From an uncultured Gammaproteobacteria bacterium (GTDB lineage: Bacteria; Patescibacteriota; Patescibacteriia; SG8-24; DYFX01): 64,000 nt of DNA. The stretch is taken from assembly GCA_964532415.1 (NCBI GenBank), contig CAZHHN010000001.1:11946-75945 (forward strand), given 5' to 3'. The translations under genes and the position numbers were made by a program. Position 1 is the first letter of the stretch. Each line of letters starts with the position of its first letter. Under the pieces are notes generated by a model that had not been told where the DNA came from, did no database searches, and worked only from the letters and a program-made list of their open reading frames with translations. Positions 36,238 to 44,803 of this stretch are shown here, piece by piece.

Positions 36238-36579
36238 ATGGAAATCAGTCGCTCAACGAAGAAGCTGTCATTGTGGACCGTGCTTCTCGGTGTATTGCCA
36301 TTTGTGATTTATGCCGTTGAACGTGCCCTTGGGAAACTGCCGTCTGCAACTGATTGGTACAAGGGCGGTACCAATCATGGTCCTTGGCGATGGGAGCTCG
36401 AAGGTTTCACGATACTTTATCCAGTTATGATTCTGGCGGTGATAACTGCTATCAAGTCGATTGCCGAAGGGCAGGAAAGAAAAAAGTGGCAACCAGTTCT
36501 GATCGGTGGGGGGCTGATCGTGCTTCAAGCCGTCATCCTGTATGCCCAGTTAGTGGTACTTAATTGGACGGTGAATTGA
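36238..36579 (+). CDS. putative RHS immunity protein (membrane)
   Basis: Starts 2 nt after the RHS stop; 113 aa with ~3 TM helices; same AT-richer composition as the toxin tip. Confidence 0.65.
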   Translation: MEISRSTKKLSLWTVLLGVLPFVIYAVERALGKLPSATDWYKGGTNHGPWRWELEGFTILYPVMILAVITAIKSIAEGQERKKWQPVLIGGGLIVLQAVILYAQLVVLNWTVN

Positions 36580-36598
36580 ATCACCAACGAGCCTACCT

Positions 36599-36853
36599 AT
36601 GAACACGGCTTCAAATGAAGAACTGGTGAAGACTGTGGGTGCGGTCGTTATTGGTACGCCTAGCGGCCTTAAGGCGCAGGAGGCGCAAGCGGAATTAAAT
36701 AGGAGGTTGATTGAGAAAATGGAGGCGCTCGTGACCAGTCTCGACAAGAATAATGAGACTACAGAACGGTTCAATCGCCGAACGCTTCAATTGACTTGGG
36801 CGATGGCGGTACTTGCTGTCGTGCAAATTGTGATTCCGTTCCTGCGCAATTGA
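36599..36853 (+). CDS. small coiled-coil protein with C-terminal TM anchor
   Basis: 84 aa ORF with helical N-terminal part and hydrophobic C-terminus. Confidence 0.65.
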   Translation: MNTASNEELVKTVGAVVIGTPSGLKAQEAQAELNRRLIEKMEALVTSLDKNNETTERFNRRTLQLTWAMAVLAVVQIVIPFLRN

Positions 36854-36884
36854 TGCGCGTGGATCCGCGACTATCGCGTGGTTC

Positions 36885-36925
36885 TTCTTCCATGCTCCGA
36901 CGTAGGGGTTTAGGAAAGGCATCGT
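36885..36925. repeat. ~40 bp intergenic motif, copy 1
   Basis: TTCTTCC...GGGGTTTAGGAAAGG..TCGT; 15 bp core at 36905-36919 identical to 38196-38210. Confidence 0.7.
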
Positions 36926-36955
36926 AGGCTGATTGGTTAAAGCAAAGAAGAGAGT

Positions 36956-38149
36956 ATGCTGGACAAGCGACTAGAAGATGTTGCGGTCGGGGACATTCAA
37001 GCGTTGGTGGAGAACAGTGTCCTCGAAAGAAAGACATTAGAGTACAAGTCAGAACTTCCCGAGAAAATAGACGACAGTAAAAGGGAGTTTTTGAAGGATG
37101 TTTCTTCCTTCGCGAACACTCTCGGAGGCGACTTGATATACGGTGTTCGAGAAGATGAGGGAATTTTAGATCCTAAAATCGGCTTGGTCGCGATAGACGC
37201 CGACGCGGAGATAGCGAGGTTGGAAAACATTATCCGCGACGGGATCTCCCCGAGAATTTCTGTGGAGATACGACCGATTCAATGGGAAGACAAAACTGTG
37301 TTGGTGCTGCGGATACGGGCCAGCCTGCAAGCGCCACATCGGGTCGTCTTTGGCGGGCACGACAAGTTTTACAAGCGGAACAGCAACGGAAAGTATCCAA
37401 TGGATGTGGGCGAGCTGCGGGTCGCCTTCTTGCAGTCAGGCGAGATTGTGGAACGTATCCGGCGGTTCCGGGAAGTACGGATTTCGGATATACAAGCGGA
37501 TGAGGCACCGCTACCCGTGATGTCGACAGATAGGTTTATCGGGATTCACATCATTCCTCTGTCCGCATTCAATGCCACGCAACGCTTGTCGCCACGAGTC
37601 ATCGAGGATATGAACGATGGCAAGGAGAGTCTGTTCACGCCGTTTCCGAATGTTCGCGGCTACAGCCACCACATCAATCTGGAGGGTGTAGTCCTCTACA
37701 CACCCAATCAGGAAAAAGGGTCGTGGCACTATACGCAGCTGTATCGTGACGGAAAAATCGAAGTATATGACAGTGTGAAGCTGACTGGGGCGGCGGGGTC
37801 ACAAAACAAGACGATTGCTATGTATGATTTGGAGGTATCGACGCTGGCTTATGTAGATAAGATGCGAAAGATGCTCGATAAGCTTGGCTTTGACCCGCCC
37901 TATTATGTGTTTGTTTCCTTGGTTGGAGTGCACGGCCTGACGGTGCATGTGCCATTTGGCACATTCGAACGCCCCGTGCCGATCAGGCAGAAGGACTTGC
38001 TGTTGCCAGAAGTGCTGTTGGAAAAATCCGAGGATGATCTCGCTCAGAAATTGAAGCCTGTGTTCGATATGGTTTGGAACGCGGCCGGTATCAGCGAGTC
38101 GCCAAATTTCACAGAGCAAGCTCCTTCGGTAGAACAAGTTGCTGGTTAG
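36956..38149 (+). CDS. Schlafen/AlbA_2-domain protein
   Basis: E...LEYK, FLKDVSSFANT.GG.LIYGV.E and FYKR motifs; ~230 aa C-terminal domain. Confidence 0.88.
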   Translation: MLDKRLEDVAVGDIQALVENSVLERKTLEYKSELPEKIDDSKREFLKDVSSFANTLGGDLIYGVREDEGILDPKIGLVAIDADAEIARLENIIRDGISPRISVEIRPIQWEDKTVLVLRIRASLQAPHRVVFGGHDKFYKRNSNGKYPMDVGELRVAFLQSGEIVERIRRFREVRISDIQADEAPLPVMSTDRFIGIHIIPLSAFNATQRLSPRVIEDMNDGKESLFTPFPNVRGYSHHINLEGVVLYTPNQEKGSWHYTQLYRDGKIEVYDSVKLTGAAGSQNKTIAMYDLEVSTLAYVDKMRKMLDKLGFDPPYYVFVSLVGVHGLTVHVPFGTFERPVPIRQKDLLLPEVLLEKSEDDLAQKLKPVFDMVWNAAGISESPNFTEQAPSVEQVAG

Positions 38150-38177
38150 GGTGGGCTCGCGGATTACTTGTTGGATT

Positions 38178-38216
38178 TTCTTCCGTGCCCGCGCTGGGGT
38201 TTAGGAAAGGTGTCGT
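38178..38216. repeat. ~40 bp intergenic motif, copy 2
   Basis: TTCTTCC...GGGGTTTAGGAAAGG..TCGT. Confidence 0.7.
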
Positions 38217-38314
38217 TACAACCGTCTATCCGCCGTTCTGCTTCATTACCCTACCTAGAGCGCCTGTTGGTAACCAAAAAGCGTCGATTAACTCCCGCTG
38301 TACGCCCAAGCCCC

Positions 38315-38794
38315 ATGCTCACCAGTCAAGCTCGGCGTGTCGTCCTGGATACGAGCGTCGTCATCTCCGGGATCCACGCCAAGGAGAACGACCATGAGGA
38401 ATCGAACTTGCTGCTGATCCTGCGGTGGTTCGAGGCCGGACATTTCTTGCTTGAATCCAACGCCAAGATACTCGATGAGTACCGCCGCAAGATGCGCGAG
38501 AAGCTGCAAGATGGTTTCCTGAAAAAGCCGGAGGTGGTCGGGATCTATTTCAATATGTTTCAGGACAAGGCGCTGTTCGATCGGCTTCTCGTTACTCCTC
38601 CGATTTACATTCCGGCTGATCCCACCGACAACATCTACTTCGCCAGCAACAACTGCCTCACCGCAGACTACTTGGTTACGTCGAACACCAAACACTTCAC
38701 TTCGGAGATCCAGCAGGATCTAGTACAGCTTGGGAGCAAACTGAGAATCGTCACGCCGGCAGAGTTCGTGGCAGCAGTCAGGCAGGAGAATTGA
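38315..38794 (+). CDS. PIN-domain ribonuclease (PIN_3-like)
   Basis: VVLDTSVVISG, IL.EY, DP.DN, ADYLVT.N.KHF and IVTPAEF. Confidence 0.85.
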   Translation: MLTSQARRVVLDTSVVISGIHAKENDHEESNLLLILRWFEAGHFLLESNAKILDEYRRKMREKLQDGFLKKPEVVGIYFNMFQDKALFDRLLVTPPIYIPADPTDNIYFASNNCLTADYLVTSNTKHFTSEIQQDLVQLGSKLRIVTPAEFVAAVRQEN

Positions 38795-38857
38795 TGGCTG
38801 GCATCATGGGACGCAGCTCGAGCTTTAAGATGACGTGATGCCTATGCGGCGTCCAGG

Positions 38858-39034
38858 CGAACTGTCGACAACTCACTGGAAGCCGGAGCGGGTGTCGGCC
38901 AGCGCACTTTTGCGGGGCATGAGTATGACGTGGGCACGAATCTCAGCTACATGGGAGCCCGCTATTACGACCCGGCGATCGGAAGGTTCCTATCGGAAGA
39001 CCCGATGTTCTTGGCTGTCGGTACCGGATGCTGA
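38858..39034 (+). pseudogene. orphan RHS-core fragment
   Basis: Translates RTVDNSLEAGAGVGQRTFAGHEYDVGTNLSYMGARYYDPAIGRFLSEDPMFLAVGTGC*; matches RKFAGQEYDVGTGLSYMGARYYDAGVGRFLSQDPAFLAVG of the intact gene. Confidence 0.9.
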
Positions 39035-39076
39035 CTCTTGCCAACCCGCTTTTCGTCATGTAGGATGGCCACGTTC

Positions 39077-39151
39077 CGGAATGTAGCTCAGCGGTAGAGC
39101 GCTCGCTTCGGGTGCGAGAGGTCGCAGGTTCAATCCCTGTCATTCCGACCA
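39077..39151 (+). tRNA. tRNA-Pro(CGG)
   Basis: CGGAATG/CATTCCG acceptor; CTCGC-TTCGGGT-GCGAG anticodon arm; CCA end. Confidence 0.97.
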
Positions 39152-39245
39152 TGGAAGGTCCCCGTTACGCGCGGGGATTTTCCTTTTCCGGGCCGTCCAC
39201 CCCTTGGCTTGACCCGTTCGCCTTACGTTCGTGTAGGATGGAAGC

Positions 39246-40517
39246 ATGGACCTCTTTGCCCATCAATCCGAAAAAACCAAGCAGACGCACGCGCCGTTGG
39301 CCGAACTGATGCGGCCGGCGACGCTCGACGATTTCGTCGGTCAGGAAGCGCTGGTCGGGCCCGGTTCCGCCTTCCGGACGCTGCTCGAGCTGGACGCCAT
39401 CCCGTCCATGATCTTCTGGGGTCCGCCCGGCGTCGGCAAAACCACCCTGGCGCGCATCATCGCCGGCATGACCGCATCGCGCTTCGTGCCGCTTTCGGCC
39501 ACCACCTCCGGCATCGCGGAGCTGAAGAAATCCGTCGGGGAAGCCCGCGAGTGCCGGCTGCTGCGCGCCGAGCGCACGATCGTTTTCGTCGACGAGATCC
39601 ACCGCTGGAACAAGGCCCAGCAGGACGCCTTCCTGCCGCACGTCGAAGACGGCACCGTCACGTTGATCGGCGCCACCACCGAGAACCCCTCGTTCGAAAT
39701 CAACGGCGCGCTCCTTTCGCGCAGCCGGGTGTTCGTGCTGCAGCCGCTCTCGACCGGGGCGATCGAAACGCTGCTCGCCCGCGCTCTCACGCTCGTCCGG
39801 GAGCGTGCGGTCTATCCCTACAGGATCCGGCCCGGAAAAGGCGCGCTGCATTATCTGGCGGCCGTGGCGAACGGCGACGGGCGCTCGGCCCTGAACGGCC
39901 TCGAACTCGGATTGCGCAGCGTTCGGCCGGACGCCAGGGGCGTGGTACACTTGAAAAAGGAAGCGCTCTCCAGGACGCTTCAAAAGAACCATCTTCTGTA
40001 CGACCGGCAGGGCGAGGAGCATTACAACGTCATTTCGGCGCTGCACAAGTCGATGCGCGGATCGGACGTCAACGCCGCGCTCTATTGGCTCGGCCGCATG
40101 CTCGAGGCGGGGGAGGACCCGCTCTACGTCGCCCGGCGCGTCACACGTTTCGCCTCCGAAGACATCGGCTTGGCCGATCCGCAGGCGCTTGTGCAGTGCG
40201 TGGCGGCGACCCAGGCCTGCCACCAGATCGGCCTGCCGGAATGCAACGTCATCCTCGCCCAAGCCGTGGCCTACTGCGCCCGCGCCCCGAAATCCAACGC
40301 GCTCTATGCCGCCTACGGCAGAGTGCAGTCCGACATCCGCGAGTTCCCGAACGAAGGCGTGCCGCTGCATCTGCGCAGCGCGCCCACCAAGCTGATGAAG
40401 GATCTCGGCTACGGGAAAGGCTACAAATACAATCCGGATTTTTCGGAACCGGTCGATCAGGACTACCTGCCGCCTTCGCTCAAAGGGCGCATCTATCTCG
40501 ATGAGAAAAAAGATTAA
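39246..40517 (+). CDS. rarA: replication-associated recombination protein A
   Basis: PLAE.MRP, GPPGVGKTT, DEIHRWNKAQQD, ATTENPSF, SALHKSMRGSD and ASEDIG.ADP. Confidence 0.97.
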   Translation: MDLFAHQSEKTKQTHAPLAELMRPATLDDFVGQEALVGPGSAFRTLLELDAIPSMIFWGPPGVGKTTLARIIAGMTASRFVPLSATTSGIAELKKSVGEARECRLLRAERTIVFVDEIHRWNKAQQDAFLPHVEDGTVTLIGATTENPSFEINGALLSRSRVFVLQPLSTGAIETLLARALTLVRERAVYPYRIRPGKGALHYLAAVANGDGRSALNGLELGLRSVRPDARGVVHLKKEALSRTLQKNHLLYDRQGEEHYNVISALHKSMRGSDVNAALYWLGRMLEAGEDPLYVARRVTRFASEDIGLADPQALVQCVAATQACHQIGLPECNVILAQAVAYCARAPKSNALYAAYGRVQSDIREFPNEGVPLHLRSAPTKLMKDLGYGKGYKYNPDFSEPVDQDYLPPSLKGRIYLDEKKD

Positions 40518-41688
40518 CATCGCCATCGCAGCCGTCCTGCTGGCCGCTTTCGCGGGGCTGTTCTTGTGGCTCCGCCATCCCGCGCCGCAGGCCGTTCTGC
40601 GCCGCGCGCAGGGTCTTCTGGCTTCGGAAAAAACCATGCACGTCGAAGCGATCGGCAGCCTGCTCGGCGCTTCGGCGGCGGCCGGACCGCTGGCGTCCGA
40701 CGCGACCGGTGTCGACATGACCGTGCACGCCGATCTCGACCGGACCGATCCTCTCAAGCCCGCCTCCGCGCTGACCTTCGAATTCCGCCAGCAGGCCGAC
40801 GGCAGGCTCTCGAAGCTTTCCGGCGAAACGCGCCGCAAAGACGGCGCCCATTACCTTCGCCTGGATGCCGCCGACAATCTCGACAGCCCCGACGTCCGCA
40901 AGTTGATCGGCCTCTGGGTCAGGCATGACCGGCCGTTCTCCGAATTTCTCGTTCCGCCCGGCGAAGCCGCCTTGTCCGCGCGGCCGCTGGATACCGCCGG
41001 TCTCGAAGCGCTGCGGAAAGCGGTCGCGACGCTCGATCTCTTCAAAGTCCGGAAAACGCTTCCAGCCGAAACCATCGGCGGCCAGGAGGCCGATCATTTC
41101 GTCGTCGAAGCCGACATGCAGGCGCTTTCCGCGCTGCTCATGAAATACCGACAGCTGCGCTCGTCCGCCGAACTGGCTCCGGCCGACGTGCTGGCGGTCA
41201 CCGATCAGATCATCCGTTGGGGCCAGCCCTACGGCGAAGTCTGGATCGGGCGGCGCGACGGACGCTTCCTGCGCCTGCAGCTCCAGACGCAGCTTTCGGC
41301 CGCCGACGGATCGACGGCCGGCGGGGCCATTCTCCGCCTCGATTTCAGCAATTACGGCCTGCCGGTCGCGGTGCAGGCGCCCGACGCGCGTGACGTGCAG
41401 GACGTGCTGGGACCGTCGTTCCTGAAGCGCCTGAACCTGGCCGGGGATCGCGCGGTCTCGGCTGCGGTCGGGAGCGGCACCGGCACTCTCGGACTGCCGA
41501 ACGGCCAGTCCTTCGCGGTCGCCGCGACCGATAGCGACCGGGACGGCTTGTCCGACAGTCAGGAAGCGTTTTATGGCAGCGATCCGTGGAATCCCGACAC
41601 CGACGGCGACGGGTGGACGGACGGCCTGGAAGTCGAAAAGGGGATGAATCCGAACGGTCCCGGCACGCTCTTCGGTTTCGGCTTATGA
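40501..41688 (+). CDS. membrane-anchored exported protein with C-terminal acidic Ca-binding (TSP3-like) repeats
   Basis: N-terminal TM; DSDRDGLSD.QE..YGSDP.NPDTDGDG..DG.EV..G.NP. Confidence 0.75.
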   Translation: MRKKINIAIAAVLLAAFAGLFLWLRHPAPQAVLRRAQGLLASEKTMHVEAIGSLLGASAAAGPLASDATGVDMTVHADLDRTDPLKPASALTFEFRQQADGRLSKLSGETRRKDGAHYLRLDAADNLDSPDVRKLIGLWVRHDRPFSEFLVPPGEAALSARPLDTAGLEALRKAVATLDLFKVRKTLPAETIGGQEADHFVVEADMQALSALLMKYRQLRSSAELAPADVLAVTDQIIRWGQPYGEVWIGRRDGRFLRLQLQTQLSAADGSTAGGAILRLDFSNYGLPVAVQAPDARDVQDVLGPSFLKRLNLAGDRAVSAAVGSGTGTLGLPNGQSFAVAATDSDRDGLSDSQEAFYGSDPWNPDTDGDGWTDGLEVEKGMNPNGPGTLFGFGL

Positions 41689-43388
41689 CGCGCCTGCGCT
41701 TCGTCCGGCTGGGATTTTTGGTCGTGAGCCTGGTGATCGTCGCGCAGCTTTTCCGGGTACAGGTGCTGGCGCACGATTTTTATTCGGCGTTGGCCGAAGG
41801 TCAGCACGACCTGTTCCGACATCTCTTCCCGGAGCGCGGCCGCATTTATGCGCATGACGGCGGCGCGGGCGATCAGATGTTCCTTCTGGCCACCAACCGC
41901 AAGTTGAACCTGCTGTACGCCGAACCGAATCATCTGAAGGACCCGGCCGCCGCCGCCCGGGCGATTGCGCCGATCCTCGGCATGGAACCCGCCGATATCG
42001 CGGCGAAAATTTCCGATCCGAAGGAGCGTTATCGCGTCGTCGCCCGCAAGCTCGACGACAATGCGCGCGCCAAAGTCGAGGCGCTCAAGATCGACGGCCT
42101 CGGTTTCAGCGAGGAAGACGCCCGTTTCTACCCGGAGGGCCGCTTCGGCGCGCAGGCGGTCGGCTTCGTGGGCGAAAGCGCCCAAGGCCGGAGCGGGCAC
42201 TACGGCATCGAAGGCTGGTACGACGCTGAGCTCTCCGGCAGCCAGGGCTATCTCGAATCGCAGAAAGATTCGGTCGGACGCCTGATCGCCGTCGGCAATC
42301 ACACGCTCAAGCCGGCCAAGGACGGCGACGATATCGTGCTGACGATCGACCGCACCGTCCAATACGTGGCCTGCCAGAAGCTGGAGGAAGCCGTGCAAAA
42401 ACACCAGGCCGAACGGGGCAGCCTGGTCATTCTGGATCCGAAAACCGGCGCGATCGTCGCCATGTGCAACGCGCCGGTTTTCGATCCCAACGACTACGGC
42501 AACGTCGGGAATCCCGACGTCTACAACAATGCCGCAATTTTCAGCGCCTATGAACCCGGTTCGGTCTTCAAGACGGTCACGATGGCCGGCGCCGTCGACG
42601 CCGGCCGGGTCACGCCGGACACGGTTTTCGACGATCCGGGCGAGGTGAAGATCGGGCCGTTCACCATCCGCAACTCGGATCTCAAGGCGCATGGGCGCGT
42701 CACGATGACCGACGTGCTGGCCGAATCGCTCAACACCGGGCTGGTCGAAGTCGCCCACCGCCTGGGCGCGCCAAGTTTTTTGAAGTACGCGCGTGATTTC
42801 GGATTCGGCGAGAAAAGCGGAGTGACGCTCCAGTCCGAAGTGCCGGGCAACCTGAGCGCGCTCACCCGGAACGGCGACATCTGGTCGGCCACCGCCTCGT
42901 TCGGCCAGGGCATCACGACGACCGTCCTTCAGCTGGCTGCCGCCTACGGGGCGATCGCCAACAAGGGCCTGCTGATGAAGCCGTACGTCGTCGACGAGAT
43001 CCGTTCGGTCGACGGCCAGGTTCGCAGGACCAAGCCGCAGTCGGTCCGTCAGGTCGTGAGCGCGCATACCGCCGATCTCGTGACCGGCATGCTGGTGGCC
43101 GTGGTCGAGCGCGGGCACGGAAAGCGCGCCGGCGTGCCGGGCTATTGGATCGGCGGCAAGACGGGCACGGCGCAGATCCCAAACGCCAACGGTCCGGGCT
43201 ACGAAGCCGGGCCGACCATCGGTACCTTCGCCGGCTTCGGGCCGATCGACGATCCGAAGTTCGTGATGGTCGTCCGGCTCGACCGGCCCAAAGACGTGCA
43301 GTTCGCCGAATCGTCAGCCGCGCCGCTCTTCGGCGAGATCGCCAAATTCCTCCTCGATTATTATCGCATCGCGCCCACGCGCGCCTGA
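41685..43388 (+). CDS. ftsI: class B penicillin-binding protein (FtsI-like)
   Basis: ERGRIY, RFYPEG, EPGSVFK (SxxK), SLN and KTGTAQ. Confidence 0.9.
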   Translation: MTRLRFVRLGFLVVSLVIVAQLFRVQVLAHDFYSALAEGQHDLFRHLFPERGRIYAHDGGAGDQMFLLATNRKLNLLYAEPNHLKDPAAAARAIAPILGMEPADIAAKISDPKERYRVVARKLDDNARAKVEALKIDGLGFSEEDARFYPEGRFGAQAVGFVGESAQGRSGHYGIEGWYDAELSGSQGYLESQKDSVGRLIAVGNHTLKPAKDGDDIVLTIDRTVQYVACQKLEEAVQKHQAERGSLVILDPKTGAIVAMCNAPVFDPNDYGNVGNPDVYNNAAIFSAYEPGSVFKTVTMAGAVDAGRVTPDTVFDDPGEVKIGPFTIRNSDLKAHGRVTMTDVLAESLNTGLVEVAHRLGAPSFLKYARDFGFGEKSGVTLQSEVPGNLSALTRNGDIWSATASFGQGITTTVLQLAAAYGAIANKGLLMKPYVVDEIRSVDGQVRRTKPQSVRQVVSAHTADLVTGMLVAVVERGHGKRAGVPGYWIGGKTGTAQIPNANGPGYEAGPTIGTFAGFGPIDDPKFVMVVRLDRPKDVQFAESSAAPLFGEIAKFLLDYYRIAPTRA

Positions 43389-43389
43389 T

Positions 43390-44664
43390 ATGCGGCATGC
43401 TCTGCAGGCGCTTCTGGCCTTCCTCGCCCGGGCCGTTCTGGCCCGTTATCGTCCGCGCATCGTGGCGGTGGCCGGTTCGGTCGGGAAAACTTCGACCACC
43501 CGCGCCGTGACGGCCGTGCTGGCGCGATCCTTTTCCGTCCGCGGCAGCGCCGGGAATCACAACAACGAGATCGGCGTGCCGCTCACCGTTCTCGGGGAGG
43601 CCAGGTCCGGCGGACGCTCGCCGTTCGTCTGGACCGGCATCCTCGCGCGCGGATTCCTGCTGGCCTTCGGTCCGGCGCGCGCCTATCCGAAGGTGCTGGT
43701 GCTCGAGATGGCCACCGATCATCCCGGCGATCTGGCCTATCTCACGTCGATCGCGTCGCCGGACGTGGCGGTGCTGACGGCCATCGCCGAAGAACACACC
43801 GAATTTCTCGGCGATCTCGACGGCGTGGCGCGGGAAGAGGGAGCGGTCGTGCATGCGCTTGGGCCGGAAGGGATCGCGGTCCTGAACGCGGACGATCCGC
43901 GGGTCGCCGCGCTGGCGGAAGGCTTGGGTGACCGCGCCGTCACGTTCGGATTCGGGGAATCCGCCCAGGTCCGTGCCGAACGTGTGGGTGCCGAACTCGC
44001 GCTCGGAACGGTCTTCACCCGGTTCGGTTTGCGAATCGGCGAACGATCGCTGCCGGTGAATCTCCCCGGCGCGCTTGGCGAGGGCAACGTCTATGCGGCG
44101 CTGGCGGCCGCTTCGGTCGCGCTGGCGCTTCGGATCGATCCGGCGCTCATCCCGTACGGCCTGGCCGAGTATCAGCCGCCGCCCGGGCGCCTGCGCGTTT
44201 TGCCCGGCATCAAAGGCGTGACGCTGCTCGACGACACCTACAACGCTTCGCCCCGGGCGGTCGAACTGGCGCTCAAAACTTTCCGCGCATTGCCGGCCGC
44301 CGGACGCAAGATCGCCGCGCTGGGCGACATGCTCGAGCTCGGCGCACTGACGGAAGAAGCGCATCGGCAGGTGGGCGCCGCGGCGGCCTCATCCGGGATC
44401 GATGTCCTGATCGGCGTCGGGCCGGCCTCGGTTTTCCTGTGCGAGGCGGCGCGGCGCTCCGGCTTGTCGGAAGATCGCGTTTTCCATTTCCCGAATGCCG
44501 GGGAGGCCGGCCGCTTCCTGCAGGAACGATTGCATCCCGGCGACGCGCTGCTCATCAAGGGTTCGCAGGGCATCCGGATGGAAAAGATCGTCAGGGAATT
44601 GATGGCCGAGCCCGGGCGCGCGGCCGAACTGCTCGTGCGCCAGTCCAAGGATTGGCTTGATTGA
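43390..44664 (+). CDS. murF: UDP-N-acetylmuramoyl-tripeptide--D-Ala-D-Ala ligase
   Basis: GSVGKTST, NNEIGVPLT, DDTYNASP, LGDMLELG and KGS motifs. Confidence 0.95.
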   Translation: MRHALQALLAFLARAVLARYRPRIVAVAGSVGKTSTTRAVTAVLARSFSVRGSAGNHNNEIGVPLTVLGEARSGGRSPFVWTGILARGFLLAFGPARAYPKVLVLEMATDHPGDLAYLTSIASPDVAVLTAIAEEHTEFLGDLDGVAREEGAVVHALGPEGIAVLNADDPRVAALAEGLGDRAVTFGFGESAQVRAERVGAELALGTVFTRFGLRIGERSLPVNLPGALGEGNVYAALAAASVALALRIDPALIPYGLAEYQPPPGRLRVLPGIKGVTLLDDTYNASPRAVELALKTFRALPAAGRKIAALGDMLELGALTEEAHRQVGAAAASSGIDVLIGVGPASVFLCEAARRSGLSEDRVFHFPNAGEAGRFLQERLHPGDALLIKGSQGIRMEKIVRELMAEPGRAAELLVRQSKDWLD

Positions 44665-44687
44665 GCTTAAAAATCGGGGTAAACGTA

Positions 44688-44725
44688 AAAAACCGGTTGA
44701 CAGAATCCGGTTTTTAGGGTACGTT
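44688..44725 (+). promoter_or_regulatory. sigma70 promoter with an inverted repeat flanking the -35 box
   Basis: AAAAACCGG-TTGACAGAAT-CCGGTTTTT; TTGACA-17 nt-TACGTT. Confidence 0.65.
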
Positions 44726-44803
44726 GAGGCGTTTCCGGGGAATGATTTCCGGAAACGCGTTCATCGACAATACGCAACCCAGCCCGTTCGGCAGGAGGTT
44801 TCG

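Larger units (their letters stand above)
35420..39034. mobile_element. AT-richer acquired island bracketed by two RHS-core copies (no integrase)
   Basis: Visible codon/composition switch at ~35420 inside the RHS core; second core copy at 38858-39034; boundaries approximate. Confidence 0.65.

Noticed and set aside
39077-39151. tRNA-Pro as the attB site for the AT-richer island
   Set aside because: The island is on the 5' side, and no duplicated tRNA end or integrase was found.
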